In this document: positions 47,512 to 58,934 of the stretch, in pieces
Layout of the letters: every line of letters begins with the position of its first letter
Numbering within the stretch: the stretch's first letter is position 1
From: an uncultured Erysipelotrichaceae bacterium
GTDB lineage: Bacteria > Bacillota_I > Bacilli_A > RF39 > UBA660
DNA: 64,000 nucleotides
Reading direction: 5' to 3'
Assembly (NCBI GenBank): GCA_902773675.1
Contig: CACYFN010000003.1
Location: 3,209 to 67,208 of the forward strand
Notes under the pieces: generated by a model
What the model saw: only the letters and a program-made list of their open reading frames with translations
Databases searched by the model: none
What the model was told of the DNA's origin: nothing
Made by a program: the position numbers and the translations under genes

Positions 47512-48386
47512 TGTTAGAAGAAATTAAACAGCATCAAAATGATAAATGCATATCATTAGTTCCACCATTTGATTTAAAATACTTTGAAGGAATAAATAAT
47601 ACATTAGGAAATGCCATAAAAATTGGCCATGTTGAAGTAAATGAAAAAATAATAAAAACAATTAATGAATCCAAAATAGAGAAAATATATTTATTTGGTA
47701 ATCATGATATTTATAGATACATCCTACCAAGACTAAAAAAGAAAATAGAAGTATGTTGGGTATTTAATGAATCATTTTCTAGTTTATCCAATGGTGGAGT
47801 TAGATACTATTTAAACACTATCTTTGAATATTATGAAAGAAATCTTATAAAATCAATAGGATGTACTAGTAAAGATAACAAAAAAATATTTGAAAATTCA
47901 AAATATAATTGTGAATATATAAATTTGCAAATCAAGAAAATAGAATCAAAATCAAATAAGAGTAATTCAATAGGAATTCTAAGTGATGACTATGATCCAA
48001 ATAATAACTTTTATAATCAATTAGCAGCTCTAACTTTTATTGATTATGATGTATGTAAATATAGATGCGTAATGGATGCAACAAATCATTTTCAAAAATA
48101 CTTTAACATAAAAAGTAAAATAACAGATAATATGGATGAAGTAATTAAAAATAATTTTGTTAATTTATACATTAATTTTACAAATACCAATAAAGAATTA
48201 ATCATGAGAAGTTTTAACTACGGAGTACCTGTAATTGTTGGTAATACAGATTTTTATGATAATAATAATTATTTAAAAGAAAATCTTGTAGTAAAAAGTG
48301 ATGATGATATTAATGAAATAGTAGAAAAAATAAACTTTGTAAAGAGAAACTATAAAAAGATAATGGAAGAGTATAATAATATCTAG
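47511..48386 (+). CDS. Hypothetical protein in the polysaccharide locus
   Basis: ORF-track ORF, translationally coupled to the preceding gene. Confidence 0.4.
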   Translation: MLEEIKQHQNDKCISLVPPFDLKYFEGINNTLGNAIKIGHVEVNEKIIKTINESKIEKIYLFGNHDIYRYILPRLKKKIEVCWVFNESFSSLSNGGVRYYLNTIFEYYERNLIKSIGCTSKDNKKIFENSKYNCEYINLQIKKIESKSNKSNSIGILSDDYDPNNNFYNQLAALTFIDYDVCKYRCVMDATNHFQKYFNIKSKITDNMDEVIKNNFVNLYINFTNTNKELIMRSFNYGVPVIVGNTDFYDNNNYLKENLVVKSDDDINEIVEKINFVKRNYKKIMEEYNNI

Positions 48387-48396
48387 GTGATTGCTT

Positions 48397-49617
48397 ATGA
48401 GATATGGACTTTTATATTATAAAAATACAGATAATATAGGTGATGATATTCAAAGTTATGCCCAAGAACAATTTTTACCAAGAATCGATTACATGATTGA
48501 TAGAGAGAATTTGGAACAATTTGTTCCAAATGAAAAAAAATACATATATACAATAATGAATGCTTGGTATATTCATGATAAATACAACTTTAATTTTTCA
48601 CCATATATTTATCCATTATTCATATCAATGTTTTTCAAAAACTTTCCCTATGAAGATGGAGTAACATATGGAACTGATTATTTAAATGAAAATGTTATAA
48701 CTGATTTAAAAAAGTATTCACCAGTAGGAGCAAGAGATTTACACACAAAAAAAATATTTGATAATTTAAATATTGAAAATTATTTTTCTGGTTGTTTAAC
48801 ATTAACTCTTGAAAAATTACCTAATATCAAAAAAGAAAAATATATTGTAGTAAATGGACTTAATGAAGAAGAAATAGAATATATAAAAAGTAAAACAAAA
48901 AAAGAAGTAAAAGTTGTAAAACAAGATGTCCCATATGGTTCCTTTTCCAATGAAACTTGGGAACAAAGAAAAGATAGAGTTGTAGACTTATTAAAATTAT
49001 ATCAAGGAGCACACATGGTTATTACAACGAAACTACATTGTTCACTTCCATGTTTAGCTCTTGAAACACCAGTATTACTATTATATGATAAATCATTTCC
49101 TGAAAACGAAGATAGAATAGGTACTTACTTAGAATATCTAAATCATATCGATAGAACAGAATTAAAATCATCAAATATTAATTTTAATAAACCATTAAAT
49201 AATCCAGAAAAGTATTTAGAATTAAGAAAATCACTTATAAAAAAATGTAAAGAATTTATAAATAATAATAAACAAATAGATATAAATGATTTACCTGATA
49301 TTGAACAATATAAATATTATATAAAACGATCATTTGAATCTAGAAAACCAATAATTAATCATTTAAAAGAATTATCAAATAAATATGTAGAAGAATGTAA
49401 AAAATCATCACAAATGTATGATGAATTAAATGAACTAAAATATCAAAATAATGATTTAAAAAATAAAATAGATAACTTAAAAGAAAATAATGAAAAGCTT
49501 AGTAAAGAAAAAGATGAAATAAATACTAAATACAATGATTTAAACGAAAAAATGTGTAGAATTGAGAATTCTAGGTCATATAAATTATATAAAAAAATAA
49601 AAAAAATATGTAAGTAA
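48397..49617 (+). CDS. Polysaccharide pyruvyl-transferase-like protein with a C-terminal coiled-coil
   Basis: The N-terminus YYKNTDNIGDDIQ resembles the PS_pyruv_trans NxGDD motif. C-terminal heptad-like NELKYQNNDLKNKIDNLKENNEKL. Confidence 0.4.
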   Translation: MRYGLLYYKNTDNIGDDIQSYAQEQFLPRIDYMIDRENLEQFVPNEKKYIYTIMNAWYIHDKYNFNFSPYIYPLFISMFFKNFPYEDGVTYGTDYLNENVITDLKKYSPVGARDLHTKKIFDNLNIENYFSGCLTLTLEKLPNIKKEKYIVVNGLNEEEIEYIKSKTKKEVKVVKQDVPYGSFSNETWEQRKDRVVDLLKLYQGAHMVITTKLHCSLPCLALETPVLLLYDKSFPENEDRIGTYLEYLNHIDRTELKSSNINFNKPLNNPEKYLELRKSLIKKCKEFINNNKQIDINDLPDIEQYKYYIKRSFESRKPIINHLKELSNKYVEECKKSSQMYDELNELKYQNNDLKNKIDNLKENNEKLSKEKDEINTKYNDLNEKMCRIENSRSYKLYKKIKKICK

Positions 49618-49641
49618 TAATAGCATTAGGATGGTGAAATT

Positions 49642-50778
49642 TTGAAAGAAAAATTATCTTGGATTACAGGATTAAAAGGGGTTGCAGCATTAGTAATATT
49701 AATTCATCATTTTGCTTTGTATTTTTATCCTGGTTTTATATATACTACAGCAGATAATATCAAAATGAAAGGTGGCTTAGAGCTAAAAATAGCCCAAACA
49801 CCATTGAATATTTTTAGTTGGGGTGGTGTAACAGGAGTATGTATCTTTTTTACAATAAGTGGGTTTTTAATCGCATATAACTATTATAAAAAAGAAAAAA
49901 AATATGATGCATCATATATGATAAAGAGATATTTAAAACTAATGATACCGATATTAATTTCATCCACAATAATATTCTTAATTGTAAAATCAAAAATTTT
50001 TAGAACAGATTCATTGTTAGAACTATACAAGAATAGTGGGTTAAATAATAGTTATACTTATTATAATGAAAACATTTTTACACTAATATGGAATTCATTA
50101 TTTACATTATTTAAAACTGCATCTTGCCCAATTAATCCACCAATGTGGACAATGAAAAATGAATTAATATATTCAATATTAAGTGGATTATTAATAAATG
50201 TTACCGGTAAAAGTAAATATAGATTTATTATTTATTTCATAATTTTTTTGCTCTTCATTAATACATATTATATATGTTTCATATTAGGTATTGTTCTTTG
50301 TGATGTTTGGGTGAATAAACAAAATATTATCAATTATTTAAATAGATTTGATATAAAAATAATTATATTATTATTTGGATTATTATTATTTTCATGTACT
50401 TATGCTAATCAATTTACTATATATTATTCAGTCATAAATAATTTATTTGAAGAAATTGATTATATAGTATTCTATCATTCAATTGGTTCAGCATTAATTT
50501 TACTATTCTTTTTATTAACAATTAATGCAAGAAAATTATTTTCAAAAAAATTATTCTTGTTCTTAGGTGAACAGTCACTTTTTATATATTTATTCCATTG
50601 GGTAATCATTAATACATTTTCTATGTTTATTGTTGTCAAATTAAATAGATATTTAAAATATTATCAATCATGTCTTATATCACTTGTATTATCATTTATA
50701 GTAATAATTCTTATGTCAAAGTATTTTGGTAAATATATTACAGCAATAACCAGTTGGGTAGTAAAGAAGATAAAATAA
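49642..50778 (+). CDS. Acyltransferase family 3 membrane protein (O-acyltransferase, OatA-like)
   Basis: N-terminal WITGLKGVAALVILIHHF and a roughly 10-TM topology typical of Acyl_transf_3. TTG start. Confidence 0.6.
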   Translation: MKEKLSWITGLKGVAALVILIHHFALYFYPGFIYTTADNIKMKGGLELKIAQTPLNIFSWGGVTGVCIFFTISGFLIAYNYYKKEKKYDASYMIKRYLKLMIPILISSTIIFLIVKSKIFRTDSLLELYKNSGLNNSYTYYNENIFTLIWNSLFTLFKTASCPINPPMWTMKNELIYSILSGLLINVTGKSKYRFIIYFIIFLLFINTYYICFILGIVLCDVWVNKQNIINYLNRFDIKIIILLFGLLLFSCTYANQFTIYYSVINNLFEEIDYIVFYHSIGSALILLFFLLTINARKLFSKKLFLFLGEQSLFIYLFHWVIINTFSMFIVVKLNRYLKYYQSCLISLVLSFIVIILMSKYFGKYITAITSWVVKKIK

Positions 50779-50795
50779 TTAAGGAGGAAGAAAAC

Positions 50796-52976
50796 ATGAG
50801 TTTAAAAAAAATATTAAATATAGTAAAAAATTTAGTTTGTAGTTATATAATGATATTCATTGTTTACAATGTGAATATTGTTTTTAGAAAACTAATTTTT
50901 TCAAGTACAGATAAACTTATATTTATTAGTAAAACGATATTAATTAGTTTAATTATAATCAATGTCATCTTATATTATAAAAATATATTATTTAAAAAGA
51001 AGAGATATTTATATATTATATTTTTATTTCTACTAGCCTGTAATTTTTCTGAAGGATTCTTCTCAAATTTTAAATCTTATACATTTATTATAGCATATAC
51101 ATATATATTATTAATTACTTTTTATATTATGCTAAAAAGAAAAATGAAATTTGAATTAGCATTAGTTTATAGTTTTTCAAGTCTATTATTGTCAGCTTTT
51201 GTAATAGGAATGTTTGGATTACTTTTCTTATACAAATATTTGTTATTAGCATATTTATTATATGTAATATATTATATTTATAACCAAGCAAAAACTGATA
51301 AACAAATTATAAAAAATACAATCGATAGTATGTTTGATGCATCATTTATAGTATTAAATATTATGTTCATTTTAGCAATTCTATTTGGAGCAGGATTATA
51401 TGTCCATGTTTATGATGAATATTCACATTGGGCATTTGATGCAAAGGCCATGATATATTATTCTAAGTTTGGTACAAGTCAAGATATTATGTTAAAAACA
51501 AAAGCATATCCACCAATTTTCACTGTATGGCATTATACATTATCAATTTTTGAAGGATTTAATGAACATTATTTGTATGTTGGTTTAAATTTTTTAATAA
51601 GCATATATTTGTTACCATTGTTTATTTATTTAAAAAATAATAATTTATTTATTAAAATACTTGGAGTTATTGCAATTATTTTTGGATGTTATATGTTTGG
51701 AGGAGTTTATTCATATAATAATTTATATGCAGATTATGCTATTACTTCAATTTTTACTTGTTCATTAATTGTATTTTTTGTATCAAGAGATCAAAACATT
51801 AATTTAAATCGATTATTAATTATATTACTAATAATTCTTACATTATCAAAAACAAACGGATTTGTAATTGCATTAATTTTTTGCTTAATTATAATGCTTA
51901 ATGAATTTATTGGAGTGTCATTTAAATCATTTAAAGAGTTAATAAAAAAATGTGTAGATTTATTAAAAAAATATAAATCATTTATATTAACTATAATCAT
52001 AACTTTCATATTGTGGAAAATATATCTTTTAATTACAGGCAAAATAACAGTTGAATATTATGATGCTGTAATTTTACCTGATGGTTTAAAACCTGACTTA
52101 AAATATAAATTAAATTATGAGTTTATCAATAGTTTTTTAAGAAAAGTTATAACTTCATTTGATAATAAATGTATATGGGGGCTAATACCTCTTACATTGT
52201 ATCAGTATTTGATAGTTTCCTCAATTGTTCTATATTTGCTATTTTACAAATTAACTAACGATGTAAAAAAAGCCTTACTTAAAATAATACCATTTATATT
52301 GAGTTATCTAATATTTTTCGCTGTAACAGTATTATCAATATTCTTTGCATTCTGTCAATATGAAGCTAGTATATTAGCATCATTTGAAAGATATCTAAAT
52401 TGGTATAATGTTGCAATACTATTATTTATTATTTCAATGATATTAAGAATTAAAGATAATAAGAGTAATATATTTAAAATGCTTATTTTGGGATATATTG
52501 TTCTTTCAATACCATTTTCTGCGATATACAGTTTTGCAATAAGTCCAACTAAGTCAGAAAGTTACAATGCATATGTTGAACGAAGTGAAAAAGTAAAATT
52601 TTTAAATGATAATACTCCTGAAAATTCATTAATATATGTTATAGATCAAAAAGACACAGATGGAATAATGGCAATGTGGTATACAAGATATTATGGTTTT
52701 CCAAGAAAAAATAATGCTTCATCATCATCAATTGGATGGAAAATTAAAACGGAAGCTAATAAAGATGATTTAAGAGATTGGGGACTTACAGCAAAAAAAT
52801 GGGAGAAAGAGTTAAAAAAATATAGTTTTGATTATGTATTCCTTTATTCTGCTGATGATTTATTCTTTGAAAAAACCAAATATATGTATGATGATCTAGA
52901 AATTGCCAAAAAAGCAGTATTATTTAAAATTGAGTATGATGAAAAAGATAATATTAAATTAATTGCAATAAAATAG
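50796..52976 (+). CDS. Large polytopic membrane protein (polymerase/glycosyl-transferase-like; unassigned)
   Basis: Over 15 predicted TM helices. ATG at 50796 after AAGGAGG. Confidence 0.45.
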   Translation: MSLKKILNIVKNLVCSYIMIFIVYNVNIVFRKLIFSSTDKLIFISKTILISLIIINVILYYKNILFKKKRYLYIIFLFLLACNFSEGFFSNFKSYTFIIAYTYILLITFYIMLKRKMKFELALVYSFSSLLLSAFVIGMFGLLFLYKYLLLAYLLYVIYYIYNQAKTDKQIIKNTIDSMFDASFIVLNIMFILAILFGAGLYVHVYDEYSHWAFDAKAMIYYSKFGTSQDIMLKTKAYPPIFTVWHYTLSIFEGFNEHYLYVGLNFLISIYLLPLFIYLKNNNLFIKILGVIAIIFGCYMFGGVYSYNNLYADYAITSIFTCSLIVFFVSRDQNINLNRLLIILLIILTLSKTNGFVIALIFCLIIMLNEFIGVSFKSFKELIKKCVDLLKKYKSFILTIIITFILWKIYLLITGKITVEYYDAVILPDGLKPDLKYKLNYEFINSFLRKVITSFDNKCIWGLIPLTLYQYLIVSSIVLYLLFYKLTNDVKKALLKIIPFILSYLIFFAVTVLSIFFAFCQYEASILASFERYLNWYNVAILLFIISMILRIKDNKSNIFKMLILGYIVLSIPFSAIYSFAISPTKSESYNAYVERSEKVKFLNDNTPENSLIYVIDQKDTDGIMAMWYTRYYGFPRKNNASSSSIGWKIKTEANKDDLRDWGLTAKKWEKELKKYSFDYVFLYSADDLFFEKTKYMYDDLEIAKKAVLFKIEYDEKDNIKLIAIK

Positions 52977-52984
52977 GTGATTTT

Positions 52985-54388
52985 TTGAAAAAAATAGATA
53001 AATACTATATAAAGATAACAATTATCACATTTATTATATTATTTATTATATTATTAGGATTCTATCCTGGACTTGTTCCATATGATGGAAATAATCAGTG
53101 GCAACAAGTTCAGAGTGGAATTATAATAAATAATCATCCGTTTTTTAGCACATTTTTTATGCTAATTTTATCAAAAATCTGGAATAGCGTAACTATTGTA
53201 ATAATATATCAAATAATCATATTTTCCATTAGTTGGGGATACTTATGCAAAACTTTAAAGCTAGAAAATAAAACTCAATATAAAATTATGTATATTGTAA
53301 CAATATGTATTCTATTATATCCATTAACATGTTTATATAGTATAACATTATGGAAAGATATATTATATACAACATATTTATTCTTATGTGCAATTATGCT
53401 TTATGATTGGCAAAGTAGTAACTTCAATTTTAGCAAGCAAAAATATATATTATTAGGTGTAGTTATTTCCATGATTTTTAGCTATCGACATAATGGTATT
53501 ATAGTTGCAATTATTTTGTTGATATCATTTTATGTAATATGTATAAAAAAATATCTAAATAAAACAATTGAAAAACAAGTTTTAAAAAATAACACATTTG
53601 TTTTAATAACATTTATAATAATGATTATTACAATTTTTATACCAAAGAAAATAATATTGAATCAAAGTGAAATAAAATTAAAAAGTCAAGAAAATTATAC
53701 TGAATCATTTTCAACAATCGATGGATATATGTTATGGATTATGGGAGCACATCTAAAAGATAATAACATTAATAATGAAAAAGACAAAGAATTTTTAAAT
53801 AAAATAATTCCACTTGATGAATGGAAAGAGATATATAATCCATATTTAATAAATAATACACATAATGCACAGAACTTAAATCGACAATATTTAATTAAAA
53901 ATAATAAAAAATTTGAAAAAATATTTATAAAATATAGTTTAGATAATCCAGGTACTATATTAAAACATTATATAAAATCAGATGCATTACTATTAAATCC
54001 TGTATCTAGCTTAGATGGATATGTATATGTATATTGTTTTCCAGAAATGGGATTTTTACCAAAATATACGAAAATAAAACCTATCATACCTTTTATAAAA
54101 GAAGTTTATCAAAAAATATCTGACTTAAGTTTTTATAAACCATTTGTTATTTTTTATGAACCAGCATTTATATTATATATTTCAATCATAATTACATTTA
54201 TATTATCAAAAAAAATATATGGTAAAAAAATATGGATATTTATTTTACCAATGATTTTAAATACAATTTCATTGTTACCAATAAATTTAGCCCAAGATTT
54301 AAGATATGTTTATATAAATTATTTAACATTCTATGGATTATTATTAATGTTTATATTGAATATAAAAAATGTATTAAAAAGTAAATAA
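52985..54388 (+). CDS. Polytopic membrane protein (unassigned; O-antigen polymerase/ligase-like topology)
   Basis: Multiple TM helices with one large loop. TTG start. Confidence 0.4.
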   Translation: MKKIDKYYIKITIITFIILFIILLGFYPGLVPYDGNNQWQQVQSGIIINNHPFFSTFFMLILSKIWNSVTIVIIYQIIIFSISWGYLCKTLKLENKTQYKIMYIVTICILLYPLTCLYSITLWKDILYTTYLFLCAIMLYDWQSSNFNFSKQKYILLGVVISMIFSYRHNGIIVAIILLISFYVICIKKYLNKTIEKQVLKNNTFVLITFIIMIITIFIPKKIILNQSEIKLKSQENYTESFSTIDGYMLWIMGAHLKDNNINNEKDKEFLNKIIPLDEWKEIYNPYLINNTHNAQNLNRQYLIKNNKKFEKIFIKYSLDNPGTILKHYIKSDALLLNPVSSLDGYVYVYCFPEMGFLPKYTKIKPIIPFIKEVYQKISDLSFYKPFVIFYEPAFILYISIIITFILSKKIYGKKIWIFILPMILNTISLLPINLAQDLRYVYINYLTFYGLLLMFILNIKNVLKSK

Positions 54389-54492
54389 TAAAATAAAAAA
54401 TGTTGTTTACTTTGAAAATTTCTAATCTTGCAGATAATATTAAAAATATGATATAATTAAAAAAATAAAGTTTTAGAGAGGTACTGAAAAAT

Positions 54493-55209
54493 ATGAGAGT
54501 ATTACTAATCATTCCTTCATACAATGAAGAAGCAAATGTATTAAATAATTATAACAGAATTGTAGAATTTAATGAAAAAAGCAAAATAAAATATGATGCA
54601 ATAGTTATTAATGATGGATCTAAGGATAGAACTGAAGAAATATGTATTAAAAATAATATTCCTCATATTTCTCTAGTTCACAATCTCGGCATAGGTGGAG
54701 CAGTTCAAACTGGATACAAATATGCTTATAAAAATGATTATGATATTGCAGTCCAATTTGATGGTGACGGACAACATGATGTTAATTATGTTAAAAATAT
54801 AATTGATCCCATTATTAATAAAGAAAGTGATATGGTAATTGGATCAAGATTTATTGATAAAAGTAGTAGTGAATTTAAATCAAGTATGACAAGAAGATTG
54901 GGAATTAAAATTATATCCTTCTTTATAAAAATGGTTACAAGAAAAAAAATATATGATACTACTAGTGGATTTAGAGCAGTTAATAAGAAAATAATTAAAG
55001 AATTTGCAAATGAATATCCAGTAGAATATCCTGAACCAATTACAACCGTAGAAACAATAAAAAAAGGTTATAAAGTTGATGAAATACCAGTAAGTATGAA
55101 TGAAAGAGAAAATGGAACTTCAAGTATAAAAGCCTGGAAAAATATATATTATATGTTGAATGTAATTCTATCAATTGTTATTTTAGGAATAGGAGGTAAG
55201 AAAAAATGA
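54493..55209 (+). CDS. Family 2 glycosyltransferase (polyprenyl-phosphate sugar transferase, GtrB/CsbB-like)
   Basis: LIIPSYNEEANV...VINDGSKDRT...DGDGQHD, with a C-terminal TM helix. Confidence 0.8.
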   Translation: MRVLLIIPSYNEEANVLNNYNRIVEFNEKSKIKYDAIVINDGSKDRTEEICIKNNIPHISLVHNLGIGGAVQTGYKYAYKNDYDIAVQFDGDGQHDVNYVKNIIDPIINKESDMVIGSRFIDKSSSEFKSSMTRRLGIKIISFFIKMVTRKKIYDTTSGFRAVNKKIIKEFANEYPVEYPEPITTVETIKKGYKVDEIPVSMNERENGTSSIKAWKNIYYMLNVILSIVILGIGGKKK

Positions 55210-55559
55210 GTATTAATCTAATTATAGTATCAATACTTTTTAGCATATTTATTATCATTACCATTCTTTTTTTACTAAGAAAGAAAAAAATAAATATAAA
55301 GTATTCTCTTATATGGATTATATTATTTACCATCTTATTAATTGCAACTATTATACCAGGATTTTTAGTATGGATTACACATTTACTGGGATTTAAGACA
55401 GCTTCAAATATGGTAATCTCAATTATTCTAGCAGTATTAGTAGTGATATCAATTGTTTTAACAATGATAGTATCAAAACAAGATAAAAAAATTAGATTGT
55501 TAATACAAGAAATTAGTATTCTAAAAAAAACATTTGGTGATTATAATGAAAAAAAATAG
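55206..55559 (+). CDS. Small membrane protein (DUF2304-like GT2 partner)
   Basis: Two to three TM segments, translationally coupled downstream of the GT2 gene. Confidence 0.4.
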   Translation: MSINLIIVSILFSIFIIITILFLLRKKKINIKYSLIWIILFTILLIATIIPGFLVWITHLLGFKTASNMVISIILAVLVVISIVLTMIVSKQDKKIRLLIQEISILKKTFGDYNEKK

Positions 55560-56985
55560 TGTAAAAAAAAATGTATTATATAATCTTATCTATCAAGTAC
55601 TAACTGTTCTTCTTCCTTTAATAACAACACCATATTTATCAAGAAAATTAGGAGCTGAGCCTATAGGAATATATGGCTTTACCTTATCAATTGTAACTTA
55701 TTTTGTATTATTTGGATCACTTGGTACTGCAATGTATGGACAAAGAGAAATAGCAAAAAGACAAAATTCTAAGAAAAAATATTCTGTAACTTTTTGGGAA
55801 GTAACAATTATAAGAATTCTTGCAATGTTTATTTCAATGTTAATATTCTTTATATTTTTCTGCAGAAATGGAAGTTATATTTTATATTACAAAATATTCT
55901 TAATATACATGATTGCCTATGCATTAAATATTTCTTGGTTTTTTCAAGGAATGGAAAAATTTGATAAAATTGTAATAAGGAATATTATTGTAAAAATACT
56001 GAGTATCATTTTAATATTTACATTAGTAAAAAGCCCAAATGATTTATGGATATATATTTTAATATTTGTTGGATCAGAATTATTAGGAAATCTTTCTTTA
56101 TGGTTATATTTACCAAAATATTTAACAAAAATTGAAAGAAAAAGTATTAAATTAAAAAAACATTTAATTCCTGTGTTATTACTATTTTTACCTCAAGTTG
56201 CAACACAGATTTATACTGTTTTAGATAAAACAATGGTTGGAATAATAACAAATAATATGGATGAAGTAGGCTTTTACGAACAAGCTCAAAACATTGCCAA
56301 AGCTGCTTTAGTTATTATGGCATCAGTTCAAACAGTAATGAACTCAAGAGTTGCAAATGCCAATGAACAAGGAGATATAAATACAATAAAAAAATGTCTA
56401 AAAAAATCATTTGATTTTGTTTGGATGATTGGAATTCCTATAATGTTTGGTCTAATAATAGTATCTGGTAATTTAGTACCATGGTATTATGGTAAAAATT
56501 TTGAACCAGTAAAATTTATCTTAATTACAATATCGCCAATAATTTTAGCAATAGGATTAAGTGGTATAACTGGAATTGTTTATATGATACATACTGGCCA
56601 ACAAAATAATTTTACTAGATCTGTTATTTTTGGAGCAATTGTTAATGTAATATTTAATATTATATTAATAAATATATTCGGCACTATTGGAGCAGCAATT
56701 TCATCTGTAATAGCAGAAATATCTATTCTTATATTTCAATTAAGATATATTAAAGAGGTTTATAAGATAATTGATATTTTCAAAGTTTCAATTAAACCAT
56801 TAGTTGCTGGTTTATTAATGGTTATGATTTTACTTCCAATATCATTTATTTTAAAGTCTTCAATAATAAATACTTCAGTTTTAGTAATTTCAGGTATGTT
56901 AATATATAGCTTAGTTCTGTATATATTAAAGTATGATTTATTACATGATATTATCCATTCAGGAATAAAGATAATAAAAAGATAA
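55546..56985 (+). CDS. wzx: Polysaccharide flippase, MOP/Wzx family
   Basis: About 12-14 TM helices. N-terminus LIYQVLTVLLPLITTPYLSRKLGAEPIGIYGF typical of Wzx. ATG at 55546, lying among A8-A9 tracts. Confidence 0.7.
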   Translation: MKKNSVKKNVLYNLIYQVLTVLLPLITTPYLSRKLGAEPIGIYGFTLSIVTYFVLFGSLGTAMYGQREIAKRQNSKKKYSVTFWEVTIIRILAMFISMLIFFIFFCRNGSYILYYKIFLIYMIAYALNISWFFQGMEKFDKIVIRNIIVKILSIILIFTLVKSPNDLWIYILIFVGSELLGNLSLWLYLPKYLTKIERKSIKLKKHLIPVLLLFLPQVATQIYTVLDKTMVGIITNNMDEVGFYEQAQNIAKAALVIMASVQTVMNSRVANANEQGDINTIKKCLKKSFDFVWMIGIPIMFGLIIVSGNLVPWYYGKNFEPVKFILITISPIILAIGLSGITGIVYMIHTGQQNNFTRSVIFGAIVNVIFNIILINIFGTIGAAISSVIAEISILIFQLRYIKEVYKIIDIFKVSIKPLVAGLLMVMILLPISFILKSSIINTSVLVISGMLIYSLVLYILKYDLLHDIIHSGIKIIKR

Positions 56986-57015
56986 ATATCACAAAATTAA
57001 AGGAGTGATAGAGAG

Positions 57016-58158
57016 ATGGAAAAAAAAGAAATTATTATATTCAGTGAATATTATTTACCAAAGTTAGGTGGTGTTGAAAGATATACCAACAAATTAATAG
57101 AAGAATTAAAAGAAAAGTATAATATAACAATAGTAACTACAATACTTGATGGTGTAGAAGATTATGATCAACAAGAAAATGTAAAAATATTTAGAGTTCC
57201 TGTTTACAATATCTTTAAAAGCAGATATGCATTTATAAAGAAAAATAAGAAATTCAAGAAAATAATGAGTGAAGTTGGAAAGACACATTATAATTTCTTA
57301 ATATGTCAAACAAGATTTTTTCCTATGACATCATTTGGAGCTAAATATGCAAAGAAAAACCATATACCAATGATTGTAATAGAACATGGAAGTTCACATT
57401 TTTCAATTAATAATCGAATTCTAGATTTTTTTGGAAAGATATATGAACACCTTATTACAAATAGATTAAAGAAAAAATGTTCTAATTACTATGGTGTTTC
57501 CCAAAGATGTGTCTCATGGCTAAAACATTTTAAGATTGACGCATTAGGCGTACTATATAATTCAATTGATCACAAAGATTATAATAAATTTAAAGATAAA
57601 TATTATTTTAAAAATAAAGAAAAAGAAATAAATATTTGTTATGCCGGAAGATTAATAAAAGAAAAAGGTGTATATGAACTATGTGATGCTTTTAATAAAT
57701 TAACAAAAGGATATAAAAATATAAAATTAAATATAGCCGGCGATGGACCAATTCTTAATGATTTAAAATTAAAATATTCAAATAACAAGAAAATAGTATT
57801 TTTAGGAAAATTAGATTTTGATAATGTAATGGGATTATATAATTCATGTGATATATTTGTATATCCATCAATGTATCCAGAAGGATTACCAACATCTATA
57901 CTTGAAGCAGGACTTATGAAATGTGCAGTTGTAGCCACTGATAGAGGGGGAACAGTAGAAGTAATTACTCACAAAAAAGATGGCCTTATCTGCGAGGAAA
58001 ATGTACAATCTATACATGATAATATAAAATTATTACTAGATAATCATAAATTATTAGAAGAATATAAAGAAAAATTACATCAAAGAATAATTGAAAATTT
58101 TACTTGGAATGTTACAGCTAAAAAATTATCAAATATAATAGAAAAAGAAAGTAGGTAG
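57016..58158 (+). CDS. Family 4 glycosyltransferase
   Basis: EGLPTSILEAGLMKCAVVATDRGG (E-x7-E region). Confidence 0.8.
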   Translation: MEKKEIIIFSEYYLPKLGGVERYTNKLIEELKEKYNITIVTTILDGVEDYDQQENVKIFRVPVYNIFKSRYAFIKKNKKFKKIMSEVGKTHYNFLICQTRFFPMTSFGAKYAKKNHIPMIVIEHGSSHFSINNRILDFFGKIYEHLITNRLKKKCSNYYGVSQRCVSWLKHFKIDALGVLYNSIDHKDYNKFKDKYYFKNKEKEINICYAGRLIKEKGVYELCDAFNKLTKGYKNIKLNIAGDGPILNDLKLKYSNNKKIVFLGKLDFDNVMGLYNSCDIFVYPSMYPEGLPTSILEAGLMKCAVVATDRGGTVEVITHKKDGLICEENVQSIHDNIKLLLDNHKLLEEYKEKLHQRIIENFTWNVTAKKLSNIIEKESR

Positions 58159-58162
58159 TAAT

Positions 58163-58924
58163 ATGAAAATATATATTATATCAGGTAATAAAACACCAAT
58201 TATAGATAGAAAAGAATATGAAATATTGCAAGTCGGAGCTGCCATAAATAAAGATGTCAATATCAGCAAATTAAAAGATAATACAAAAGATAATATATCT
58301 GAAAAAAATAGAAATTATTGTGAACTAACAGGATTATACTGGATATGGAAAAATTCAAAAGAAAAAATAATCGGATTAGTTCATTATAGAAGATTCTTTT
58401 ATAAAAAAATTATGTTCAAAAATAAAGAAGTAGTTACAGAAGACGATGTAAAAGATATATTGAAAGATTATGATATTATACTTCCAACAATGGGACATAC
58501 ATACATGACTGTATACAAACAATATGAGAAATATCACGATATAAATGATTTATTATTATGTGGAAAAATTATCAAAAAAAAATATCCAGATTACTATCCA
58601 GAGTTTGAAAAATTGTTAAAACAAAAAAAGTATTATCCATTTAATATGTTTATTGCAAAAAAAGAATTAATAGACGAATATTGTGAATGGTTGTTTGATA
58701 TTTTATTTGAATCAGAGAAAACAATAAATAAAACATTAGAAACAAAAGATAAGTATAATAAAAGGGTTTATGGATTTCTTAGTGAAAGATTGTTTAATGT
58801 ATGGATTAAAACAAAAAAATTAAAGATAAAAGAATTGCCAGTCTATAATGTAGAAAAAAACAAAGCAAAAGAAATACTAATAGAAACAACAAAACATGCA
58901 TTAAATGTTGTTAGAAAAAAGTAA
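58163..58924 (+). CDS. DUF4422 exopolysaccharide-biosynthesis protein
   Basis: YCELTGLYWIWKNSKEKIIGLVHYRRFF segment typical of DUF4422. Confidence 0.5.
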   Translation: MKIYIISGNKTPIIDRKEYEILQVGAAINKDVNISKLKDNTKDNISEKNRNYCELTGLYWIWKNSKEKIIGLVHYRRFFYKKIMFKNKEVVTEDDVKDILKDYDIILPTMGHTYMTVYKQYEKYHDINDLLLCGKIIKKKYPDYYPEFEKLLKQKKYYPFNMFIAKKELIDEYCEWLFDILFESEKTINKTLETKDKYNKRVYGFLSERLFNVWIKTKKLKIKELPVYNVEKNKAKEILIETTKHALNVVRKK

Positions 58925-58934
58925 TGGAGGTTTT

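Noticed and set aside
55523-55570. A8/A9 tracts at the wzx start as a separate phase-variation switch
   Set aside because: Lys-rich N-termini with AAA runs are ubiquitous in this AT-rich genome. Without evidence of frame disruption (the gene is currently in frame) this is only noted under the polysaccharide-locus finding.
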